From: Raillietiella orientalis
Taxonomy: Eukaryota
Assembly: GCA_036172245.1 (NCBI GenBank)
Contig: JAYWIR010000037.1
Span: 62,001-126,000 of the forward strand
Reading direction: 5' to 3'
DNA length: 64,000 bases
The position numbers and the translations under genes were made by a program. Below are positions 37,531-49,479 of this stretch, one piece after another (position 1 is the stretch's first letter; each line of letters begins with the position of its first letter). The notes under the pieces were generated by a model, which was not told the origin of the DNA, ran no database searches, and worked only from the letters and a program-made list of their open reading frames with translations.

Positions 37531-40276
37531 ATGTATGGTGAAGGGGATAAAAATGACCAATTTAGCAATAGCCGAGCATTAGTTTTTGAGCACCAAAAGC
37601 TCATTAATCTTTTAAAAAGTGAGAGTAAAGTAGAATGCAAAAAAACATTAGAGCACATAAGCAATGAAGTTTTTGAATGCCCACAGTTGGTACAGAAATT
37701 CGATATAGAAATTTTCAAGCATATTATTAAGAATGTCACCAATTCTTCTGAAAAGTGTAGAGAACTGGCTGCAAATATTGTTGCTCATTCAGTAAAACAT
37801 TCAAAAACCTTAAATCAACTTTTGCCAAGTATCATACCTGTACTAGTACAAAGACTAGCTGGTGATAAGACATTGGAACCGTCGGAGGAGATCCGTTTAA
37901 TTCTTATTACATGTCTGCATTCTGCTATTGAGAAAGAACAAGAAAATATCTCTATCTACCTGAATGATTGCATTCATATTCTAACAAAAACTATTGTTGA
38001 TCCATTTTCTGAAAATAAAAAACAAGCATGTCATTGTGTGATTTCCCTTGCAAAAGCTCTTCCTCAACAGTTTCACCTTCAAGCAGATTCTCTTGTCAAG
38101 CCATTAATACAAATAACTTCACATCAGCATCACAAAGTGAGACTGATGTCGGTTAAAGCTCTTGGTGAGTGATTTCAGTACAGTAGTTTGTACAACAAAT
38201 GTTCGATTTGCTTAGAATATGTTGTACTACATGGAAACAGTCAGATTCTAGAAGTGGTCATTACCCATCTAGCACAACGTTTATTTGACAGTCATGTGGA
38301 AGTACGTTGCAGTGTTATTCAAGCAGTAGGCAGTTGGCTTTTAAACCTGAGAGATCGATATTCGTATTTCACAAACATGTTGCCTATTTTCCTTAGTGGG
38401 TAAGAAGTCTTCATGAAACTAAGCATTATCCCACCATAACATTTTAGCATAAAAGATGATGCCGCAGATGTTTCAAAGCTTGCAGAGCAACTTTGGGAAG
38501 ACATTGGACTGAAGTATCTCCAAGAAAACGAAGAAGATTTAAAACCCCAAATTGATTTTCCAGATGAAAGGAAGCATTATCCAAGTGGAAGTATGCAACT
38601 CCTTAACCTACAATATTTTATTTATTCCAAATTACAGTTTGTAGGCCAAATTTAGGATGTCGTCAGTTAGTTTACCGCCATTTAACAATATTGTCAGCAT
38701 TAATGTGGGACTTACAGGACTGGATACCTACCACTCGCCTCAAGTCTGCACAACTTCTGTACGTGTTAATACTGAATGCGGAAGATAACCTGACCCAATA
38801 TCTAGCCAAAATTTTGCCAGGCATGGCTAAGGCTTGCATAGATGAGGAAAAAAACGTGACCTACTTTGTAAGAACTGTAAAGTATAAATATGAATATTTA
38901 ATGAGTTCACAGATACTCAAAGCTGCAGAACTAATAGGCTACTTTATTGAGCCAGCAACATGGTCTCAGCTACTTCTAAATATTATTAAACACGAACCTG
39001 TGCATCAGTATTTAATGTTGTTAGCTTCGATCATCAGCTCTTCTGAGCAACAAAAACTGCAGCCCTTCCTTCATGATATTGTTAATATCTTGCTTGAGCC
39101 AACGGTGCATCAAATGCTTAAAGTAAGATGCGTTTATTCGTTACACATGGAGATAACATGAATTTTAGGAAGAGCAACTCAATAGCATACTCAAAGTAGT
39201 TGAAGCAGTTGTGCAAGTATGCTTGAAAGATTGTGAAAGTATATCATATCAGCTATTCAAAATACTGATTATTGTTTATGGTTTAGATCAGAAAAATCTG
39301 TTTAAAAGTCGTGCAGAATTGTTATTGCAAATCTTAGGTAAACAGTTTGGTGATGCACCTGACTTTTTATCAATCCAATTTGCACCACGTTTCGCTGAAG
39401 AACTGGAAAAGAACTGTAATGATTGGACATCTGTTTCATATGAATGGATGATTTTCGAGGCTTTAGTCTTGAACTCAGGACCTAGTTTATTTGAGTTTTC
39501 TAAATGTTTTATAGACATAATGAGAACTTGTTCGCAAATTAATGGTGATCCTCACCTTAAGCTCAAATGCTTTGTTCTTATTGGACGAATCCTTCAAAAT
39601 CCGGTGCAAAAAACGCAAATCGAGGCAAAAACTGAGCAAATCACACAAGGTAATCATGGATTTTAGTCGATCATTGTTCTCATATGTTGCAGAATTTCTG
39701 GTTCCTGAATTAAAATGGAAAGCAGGAAATACAGCAGCTTCTTTGCGCAATGCTGCAGTGGCATGTTTACTGCTGATCTTACAGAATGGTTTTTCATCAG
39801 GACCATTAGAACCACTGATTATCACTTTGATTTCTCTACTTGAAGATGACTTGCCCCAAACTCGTCTTTCAGCCCTGAATTGCTGTACTCTCCTAGCAGA
39901 AACTCATGAAACAGATTTTCCTATCGATCTTTTGCATAAACTATGCCCAGAAGTAATCAAGCTATTAGATGATGCTTCTGAAAATATTCGTATAAAGAGC
40001 TGTCATACTCTTATTGCTTTAAGTCATTGCTTTCCTCGATCCTATGATGCAGTTTTATATCAAGCTCATGTGGAATACATGTTCTCTCTTCTGCTGTTGC
40101 ACATGGATGACATGAATGAGGCCTTGCAAAAAGCAACCTTGGAAGCACTGAAGGAACTTAGCTGGATGAATCCTGCTCTTGTACGACAAGAAACAGAAAA
40201 AGCCAGAAACAAGCATCGTAAGCAAGATTACTGCTTAGAGCTTTTACTGCATTTAAATCATTTAGACTTAAAATAA
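37531..40276 (+). CDS. DNAAF5: Dynein axonemal assembly factor 5 (HEAT repeat protein HEATR2), 7 exons, ~821 aa
   Basis: Motifs EKCRELA, LVQRL...EPSEEIRL, DPFSENKK, HQHHKVR, HLAQRLFD, WLLNLRDRYSYF, RPNLGCRQLV, LKWKAGNTAASLR. Exons 37531-38164, 38216-38399, 38448-38590, 38638-38867, 38913-39122, 39169-39649, 39693-40276 (2466 nt). Confidence 0.93.
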
Positions 40277-41045
40277 ACCGTTTTCAAGTTTTTTTAGCAA
40301 TATTGATTTCAGTTCTGCCTGCTTCTATATCTTTGGGCGACAACATTATTTCACAAACATCTAGATCAGTGCTTGCTACGCAAGGAGGGAATAAGTAGGG
40401 CAAAAAATACTGTACCATTCCTTGCATAGTTTAAACAGAGCATTATACACGATAATACATGTTCCTGTATTTCTAAGTTCATTACAGTAACATTTAAGCA
40501 CTCAAATTAATTGATGTTTATTCAGTAACAAGGCTCAACAATTTGTTATTGTGGTCTGCCAACTCCGGAGTTGGGTAGGGCTAGGTTAGATTACATGGTC
40601 TGCATTGAAATGTCGATCATGTCACCTAACCAAACCATTTCTAATCGGGTTTTAAAAGACTTATTCACCCAAATCTAGCATTTCATTTTTGAGAATGTAC
40701 TTTTTCTCCATGTACAGATATGTGATCATGACATTTATCATTCATTATATGATCATTTTTGTCAGTTGCCATGCAGAAACATTCTATCCGCACACAATAA
40801 AATTATCAACTTCCCTTCACTTAAGTTTGTACTCAAGCATAATGAGATCGAAAATGTGTTCTGGAGGCAATTGGCGTCCATTTCGCTGGACATTAAACTA
40901 TAAGTTAAATCCAAAGCTGAGCACCTTCTAGGATCATCTAACCACTTGACAAAATGTTATACACAAAGATGGATGCAGTTACACACCATCAACTTGGTGG
41001 TACAGATGATGATTCAAAACGAAGGAGATTGACTACGGTCTCGGC

Positions 41046-41871
41046 ACTGGTGGAAACAGGAGTGCATTAGGTTTACCTACACATATTATGTGCAGCCACA
41101 TGTCACTTCTTGAAATATAGCAACTCTGCAAACCTCATGCGATACATGCAACACGATGCTTCAGAATATAAAGTGGCTGCTTACAAATACAGATCATGAT
41201 TTTATAAACCTGTGTTCCGATCAAGAACAACCTTTCAGTTAGTTGTACTGAGCTATGAAGTGAAAATAACATTTTGTGACGTGAATACCACAATACACAA
41301 GGGAATTCACTGCTTACATAATTCTTGTTCCAATGGGTAAATAAATACGGGTGATGTTTAAATAGAAATCAAATATGGGCATCGTAATGGAAATCACCTT
41401 TTGGCTCAGACAACCATCTGTTACTGAAGCTTCTGTACACCTACCATGAATCAATAATTAATCTCTGTCCCTCTGAAACCAAAACCATGGGCAAAAAACA
41501 AACGTTAACAGTCACCCTAAATCCTTGAAACTCTGCATGCATGTTTATACAGACGCAGCTACGTATCGCACCTTGTTTTTGTGCCACTTACCAATGCACT
41601 AGAAGAAATTGTTCCAAAAACTAAGCAGTATTGAAGCACTGGTTGCGGGAGTATTTTGTGCTCACCGTACTTGCCCAAAAGTATTTGAAGAGGGAATTCC
41701 ACTACAGTGTTGTGGTATGTCTCTAGGCTGTGATAAACAGTCAGCCCAGCCTATGATAGGAGGGTACCCTTTAAGCATTCTGGCTTGTTCATATGTTACT
41801 GCTGCCAAGAAAATTGAAGTGATACCAGAGGAAAACAAGGGCAAACATGGCACAAAACTGTTTTCCAATTC
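41046..41871 (-). ncRNA. Putative spliced non-coding unit (small-RNA host-like) or alternative 3' end of SLC35F5
   Basis: Series of good splice sites on the minus strand: acceptors at 41872, 41621, 41473, 41253, 41047; donors at 41665 (GTGAGC), 41591 (GTAAGT), 41317 and 41184 (GTAAGC). All three frames are closed across the first joined exons. The 3' end is unknown. Confidence 0.5.
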
Positions 41872-42096
41872 CTGAAATGTAAAAATTTAATCGTTTTATT
41901 TTATAAACAAACGTAAATATAAACAAACAGACAGAGTGGGATTCAGGAAAACATCCGATTCGAAAAATTCTAATTCTAATTCTTGACATTCTTTTATTTA
42001 GAAAATAACATTGCTTCAATAGACAGCTTTTATGTAACTTGGATGACACGTTTTTAATTGAAGAAAACTGATATGATCGCACAGGTTCCAAAAAAA

Positions 42097-45000
42097 CTAT
42101 TCTGTGCTGCAATAGTCAGATAAAAGTGTTTCTTCTTCAGTCACATCATCATCGTGCCTATAAATTGATTGATTAGAATTATACATGAAAGAATATGCTA
42201 CCTTGAATGGAGTATTCTTTTACATGCCTGGCCTAGTGGATCCCAATTATTCCAGTGATTCAGAAAGGCAATCAAAAAAAATGAGGAAACAATCGGAAAG
42301 GAACCAAGAACAAAAAGTAATGAAAACTGGGTTTTATATAAAAATATATCAGCCATTACAGATAACGGAATAGTCAGACTAGTTGCAAGTACACCCATAA
42401 GGGATGATGTTAGCAGACATCCACTAAATAGCAGTGACATAATTCAAAATTGAAAAGACAGTAAATACTGAATACTGACCATAACCACATATACTGTGAC
42501 AACACAGTACCAACTAATCCATTAATTCCTAAAATTAACCACTGAGAACTGTTTGGGAATTGTATCTTTTCCCATCCTAAATAATGCAATATTATGAGAC
42601 CTGGCCAAAAAAACAATGTAATAAACAAACCAACAAATCCTAAAAAGAAATATAAATAGTCATTTTAGCAAAGCCCGTAGTTACCTAAGAACAGTGGGAC
42701 ATTAAAGTTATTTTCAGAAGGAACTTGTCTTTTTAGCATAACAATGTAAAATGCATAACACACTGCACTAAAGAGAGACCACAGAGATCCAAGAGAAACT
42801 TCATATTGCATATCAGATATGCTGATTAATACCTATGAAAGGTTACTATAATTTGACATTTTCTTTCTTCCTTTCTCCTACTCACCACACCAAATACACT
42901 TAAAAATACAACCAATAACTTAGTAAGAGTAAAATGATCTAGTGGACATGAAGGTAACATGGCAGCAAATATCATGGTGAATACAGATGACATTGATGAT
43001 AATGTATTAACCACAGATGTGTTGGTATATGACAATCCCAGCAAGTATGTGTAGTGACCTGAAAACCACTTCACACAGAAATAATATTTTAAGCTTCATC
43101 TATACATATTTTACAAGTATGCTGAACCATGCAGCAAGTTGAACAATTGCAGAAAGTGGGAGATGACTTTCCAATCTTTCCATTTTTGGCATATGCTCAA
43201 AAGAATCAGTCAGTACTGAACAAGATGCTGAGACATCGATGGCACCCTGCAATTAAAGTAGAGAAAGCTAAACTGTGTTTGAAAAATCAACTAAACATCT
43301 AAAACTAGTATCTTTACATTCAGAATTTAGTTCAAGATCACACTGCAGAGAAAATGAAGAATATTCGTTCTTCAATATGATTATGTTAAAATATTTTGAT
43401 AAGAGAACTCACAGATGAATCGTGAACACTCCGATGTTCATCATAATCGCTGCAAGGTGCTGACTAAACAAAAACAAAATTTTACTTTCACTTAAAAAAA
43501 TTTTTTCTATGTAAAGTAAATAGTTGTGCTGCATTTTGGAAATATGGATGAGTATTACTTTAGAATCAAACAATACTAACTAAATCATCACAAAATTCAC
43601 TGTGACTTTTATTAATGAAATACAATTCAAAGATATATACACTACATTTTTCACAGGATGCGGATAATGATTTCTCCAATTTTTCCAAAGCAAGAAACAA
43701 AGAAGATATATAATAAACATTGAGGAAGAGAGGTAGCTGTTGAAATATGGCTTCTTGTAATCAGTGCCATTGAATAAGTACTGGAAAAATATGAATAAGT
43801 ATAAAAAATAATGAGTATTTTATTTTTACATATTGCAGATTTACATACATATATACACACACACATGCTAGCTTTACAGTTAAACAGCTACACAACATAT
43901 AAAGCACCATATGACCTTAAAACAAAAAAGTTTTCTTGTAATATCTGGACAACACTTTGCAATGCCTCAAGTTGCCTTTCAAAATGACATACTTTTTTTT
44001 CAACCAATTAAATTCAGATGTTCGTTTTGGTTTGGCCACATGAAAAAGTTCACACTGTGCTTCCATTTTCATGTAGAAAAACTAATCATAAAATGACTTT
44101 CTAACAACTGTGTATGCTGATAATGGAAGTTTTCTTTCTAAAAGTTCTCTTTTCAAAAATATTTACTGGTTTTTATACTTTCTAAGAAATTGTATTAAGA
44201 ATTTTCAAATTTGTGTAATTTTACATGAACCTCACTTAGATTTATTTTTCCGTGAAATCTTTTGCCAATATGCAAAGATTTTTGTTGAAAATGCCTATCT
44301 TTTTTTTTTTTATTAAGACATGAACATCCTTCACTTTTTTCAATGCATAAAAATATCAGCAACATCAAAATGTGTGACATACAGTAACTTTTTTGAAAAA
44401 AAAAATTACTCAGAGAAATTTACATTAAGTTGTTTCAAAACTTTTCAAAACTTTTTTCCAGAAGCTTGACAACTTATAATTAAACAATATGATTAATTTG
44501 GTATGAATTTCCCAATATTCATTTATGACATTTTATTCCTAATGGGTATCTCAATTAAAAACCATACATTAACCACACTACTATCCGCATTTTTTCTGAC
44601 AATAAGATGTGGAGGTGAAATGCTTTATTGTGATCACATTTTCGTTCCGTGATCACCAAATCAATTACTCTCAAAGGATAATATGCATCTTTTTTAAACG
44701 ATATTATATTTTGGAGTAATCATAGGTATTTTCAAAATCTTATAGTACTCTTTTACATTCGTGAATCTTCGAAACTTGCCAAATTAGCAAAGAACAAATT
44801 TCTAAAAGTTGTCCATTAATCAAACAAAAAGTTATACCACTACCAAAGATGAATCTTATTCTTGTAGGTTTAAGGTTTTTTATCAAAATTCAAAGCTTAA
44901 TCAGAATTGGTTTTCCAATAATTGAAAAAAGAACTGAACTGAAAAAATGCCCCTGACTGATTTCTGTATTAGTACTTTAAACACTTTGAGAATAAATGCA

Positions 45001-45553
45001 CACTGATATATCTGCGTCTGCACTTGCTCATAAAGGAAAACACAAATGCTCACTTGATTCTCTTGATATTGGATTCCCTTTTTATTTACCTTCCAAGAAT
45101 TTGGTCACTGTTTTTTAAGTTTACTGTGAAGAAAGATCAAATTAGGTACCTCCAATTACAAATGAAAACAGTGAAAGTTAATACATAAAATCAATAATAT
45201 GTTAAACAGTTTAATATTTAATGCCAAAAATGGGGAAAAATACGGTATTAATATAGATTTTTCAGTCCAATGAGATGAAAAATTTTTAACCCTTAATAGT
45301 TCCATTGCACCAATAAACTTTGCTGAATTCAATGATCAAAACAAAAAATTCCCCTCCATAAGTTCCATTCTCATTAAAGAAACAATGGGCAACTTAGGGG
45401 GTAAAATTTCAATGGCGAAAACTTTACCTGAATTGCTTCAGAAGATGAAACCCACATCACATCAACCAACAACAAAGTGACTGTGCCCAATACTAATCTT
45501 TGATGTTCTGAGAACTTCCAGATAAAGCTATAATTGGCAAAAGCACATAGCAT
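42097..45553 (-). CDS. SLC35F5: Solute carrier family 35 member F5-like transporter, 9 exons, ~405 aa
   Basis: QRLVLGTVTLLLVDVMWVSSSE; YKKPYFNSY; VNTLSSMSSVFT; DHFTLTKL; LFLGFVGL; NGLVGTVLSQYMWL; LTSSLMGVLATSLTIPLSVMADI. Exons 45553-45428, 43780-~43646, 43463-43413, 43246-43115, 43068-42886, 42832-42685, 42639-42480, 42423-42202, 42157-42097. Confidence 0.9.
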
Positions 45554-46668
45554 TTTTGAAGAGCTAACTCAGAGGCACTGAAATCAGAAAAGTATTAAAA
45601 TTATATAAAGTGATGGTATGTAACTGTGAAATTTTCATTTTTGTTTACTAGGTGGAAGGGTTAAATATTTTTAAAAGTGAAGGTTACTTCTATCAACTAC
45701 ATACATGGCTTCCAAAACAGTTTTGTGAATAGAACAAAGTATTTCCAGCCCATCAATCCTTCCAAATAATTGGACGTAGCTTTGTACCAATTGAAATCAA
45801 ATTTGCTGTCTTGAAAGGATTTCTTTATTTACTTTTTTATATTGGAGGGCTTTCACATAAAACAAAAGGAGGTCTGCATACCATCTTCTGGGGAGCTTAC
45901 TACTCCATGTGTGCTTTCATCCATTTGTATAAGAAGCAAGCAAAATCTCAGATTTAAATGCATTATGCCAGCATTTTGCGCAAGGCATCCAGAATCACGG
46001 AAACGAAATAAACGCTATGTTGAGACCTAGTTAATAAAATATGTACATCCGCTAAATCACTTAAGTCTGGGAATTCTCTAAAACTCTTATGCTGCACAAT
46101 AGAGAATCTCCACTCTTTTACCACTGCACTTCACCATTTATCAACCTGTTACAGGTCAATCCTGTACCATAAACCTTGTTTGGGGCACAACTACGTGAAA
46201 GTTTAAACCAAACTTTCTAATTAAAAACACTTTTAAAATTACGGTTGCTTCATTTGAAATCAAATTTTTAAAAATACTTCAAAAAATTTATGGCTACTTC
46301 AATAAACATTAACCGTCTAAAGACCTTCAAAACAATTGCAGAGTTTCCAAATGATCTCATATTTTAATGACTATCAAATTAAGACTTAAAACAAAAAATA
46401 GAATAGAGTAAATAAACAAAAAATAGAATTGAACTGAATCGAAAGTACTGATTTCATGATAAAATAATATTGTTGCTGTACAATGTAGTGCCAATTCGAG
46501 CCGAAATTACAATTTCATTAGAATTCCTTAATTATCTATCTATTTTAATTATCCTCCTTTAAACCTTCGCTCCCCTAAATCACCGGTAAACCAAGGACCA
46601 TAGCAAGTGATAAACATAATTTATAGCATTACTGATGTATAATCGCTTGCATTCTAACTTTCAACGCG

Positions 46669-46709
46669 AAGTGAAATATTAATAAGTGAAATATAAGTGA
46701 AATATTAAT
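46669..46709. repeat. Short tandem repeat, AAGTGAAATAT x3
   Basis: aagtgaaatattaat-aagtgaaatat-aagtgaaatattaat. Confidence 0.85.
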
Positions 46710-47569
46710 TAATGACGATAAACCATTTATACTTGGAGCATTCCTTAGTAGAAAGATTCGAACCAATCTGTGACATTCAAACAAACACGAACATTCTCAA
46801 TTGCACAATGCTATATAGATACGAAAAATATAAAGAATAATTTGGATTAATGTAATACATAGAAAGTCAAAGTTGATCCATTTTTCATTGAAATGATGTG
46901 GTAATTGCTGAAAAATAGATCAACTACTTAAGGTTACTGTATATTTCATCTAAGATTGGAGTGATTTCGATCAGTCATTATTATTAGAGTTGCAAAATAT
47001 TTGAGTCCAAGTTCATACTCAATGATAGAAAATTATTCTTTATGCACGGAATATCTTATGCTTCCCATAAGGATTCAGTACGTAGAAAACTGATCACTCT
47101 GGAGAAAGCAGCATACAGCTGTCGTATGGGAAAGTGGTTTTAAGAAAAGAAATATAGATATTGTCAAAAGACTGCCATGAGGATGAATGCAACATGAAAA
47201 TTTTACGGGAAAGAGTCTTTTCAAATAAAAAAACAAGTGAGACCCTAAGAATAAAGAATAAGTACTTGCCTTTTTATCTTGAGGATAAAATATTTCATTA
47301 CGATTCATTCGAAGGAAGCTAACCTTTTTCTAAAAGGTCTACTATAATTTCAGCATCAGTCGTCAGTAAAGAATTCCAATTTTTTGCTTCTGTTCCATGA
47401 CAAAAAAATTGCTCTAGATCGAGGTTTTGTAGCACATTATGACATCTACATCTTTGTGTTTAAGTGTTAAGGATGACACACTCAAAAAGCTGAAAGTGAA
47501 AAATGCAGTGTCATCCATATTTTCAATGTCGATAAAATTCGAAAGCCACTATTCATTTAATGCTCATGG

Positions 47570-47910
47570 CCACTCAAGTTAACTCAGTCTCCCGGAAATT
47601 TCATTTCTTGAAGCTTTCCAATAAGATGTTGTTTCATGTATAGGAGTTTGCTTTTTTAGAAATAAGGAGTCACTTTAGTGCTTTGTGAAAACACTTCTGC
47701 GATATTTAAGCTAACCTTCCTAGTTATTCATCTACAGGTTTCAGCAGCTAAGCTGCAGACAATTATTTATTTGGTTCTGCTCTTAAACATACTTTTTGCT
47801 GCTTTTTTTGTAATCTGTAGTACCATGCCATGCTTCTGAGAGTATAATTCTTTCGAATCTTTAGCTTATAGTTTAATTGGTCGACTAACTTTTATCAAAA
47901 GCTTCCCCAT
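47570..47910 (-). mobile_element. Decayed non-LTR retrotransposon (LINE) reverse-transcriptase remnant
   Basis: Frameshifted pieces in canonical order: SRPIKL / FERIIL (cf. YRPISLL..K.FERII), then VSLNIAEVF...LIGKLQEMKFP (cf. VFLDI.KAFD...L..KL....FP). Several stops. Confidence 0.5.
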
Positions 47911-49479
47911 AAGATTGCCTTGCATTAAAATTTTATGTATTTAGCTTCCGTCGTCAACTGATGAATCAGTAAATGTTCATAGTGTTAGTTGTTATTCTCT
48001 ACTGAATTTGATCCTCATGACTTGAATCTTAACCGTTCACGACTCGTTTATAAATGGTAACAGTTTAAAAAGCGAGTATATTGATTAATCTCCGATTATG
48101 AGAAGGCTCTAACAGCGGAAGCACATGGTGTGGTTTCGCTTCCTTGGCCTCTTGCAACCACTTGACTTCTCGGCCGACAATGTCGAAACAAACCTACAAG
48201 ACTATCCAAAGAAAATGTGCTTCTTCGTAGACCATGTGCATTTGGTCAAAAATTGATCACTGGCAAGCATGATAAAATTCAATTTTTCTCTCTCCGAAAG
48301 ATCCAAAGTATTCTTCATGGGATGCTTCAGCAGTGAAAGTGCTTGCAACTACCTTGACCTTTGCCGAAGCGCATAGCGTTATACGCAGTCTGAATTATAG
48401 CACCGTAAATAAGCACCAGTATTCTCAGAAACCTTAGCCTATATTCTGTCACTCATTATATTGCCAAGAAATGTTTTACGAAACAAAGGTTGTTCATAAG
48501 TGGCAAGACTTCGGTAGTAAGAAGAAAAGTGTAACAATTCAAGCAGTTCTGTTCTTCGTAAAGATTGTAGAGCGCACAAGTATGACACGCTTACAACTGA
48601 TTAAGAAAATTCAACATTAGAACACTTTGTGATTCAAATTTGAAAGGGTCGCGGCGTTACATCGTCCATTGCTTCACATTTTACAACTAATAAGTTTTGA
48701 TGGCCCTTCGTATATTGAGGAAGCTATCAGAAATATCTTCAACATTTAAAAACTTTTCTAATTTTCCTTCATGCCTTGTCTGCATGATCAGAAGAGATCA
48801 TGTATCGCCTTGTTTTGATAACCTTTTAGGCTCGTGTTTCTCGAGAGATCGTAGTCTAACATGCTTTCAACACCATGTTTTTTCCAAGTTTTTCCTGCTT
48901 GTTTCCAAACATGTGTGCATAGCATTCCTTCTTTCTCAAAACACAAATACGTACAGATACATGGTCTCATGGAATATGTGGATCACTTATGAAACACGAA
49001 GCACCAACTTCGAATCAGTTTGAAATTAATTTCATAGAAAGACATGGTCTAAACTCTGTCTTTCGCATTTTGAATTGTCATGATGTTTACCAGAACTTGC
49101 AACCCAAATGCCCTCAAAACCAAGGGGCTGGCTAATCTGAAGGACGTCGTTGAATTACATTCGACATTCTGATTTTGTGACCTTGCGTAGGAACAAGTTT
49201 TCTCTATGGAAAACAAACTTGCTTCCCTGTCTTTTTTAAAGATCTCGAAGAGTCATTCCGAATTCAACCATCATATTTGATGCAAATGACAGACACAATT
49301 TTGTTGCTGTTGCGGGGTTCTGATGAGGGGTTACTGTTGAGGTAAAGCAGTAAAGCTTAATTATTTTTAGAGAAATTCTGAACTCCTCAAAATAAAGACT
49401 CTACTTAGGCTGTCATTCACATTTCCAGGAACTGATACTGCAGACATGAATGCATCATGGAACAAACCTCCCTGACAAC

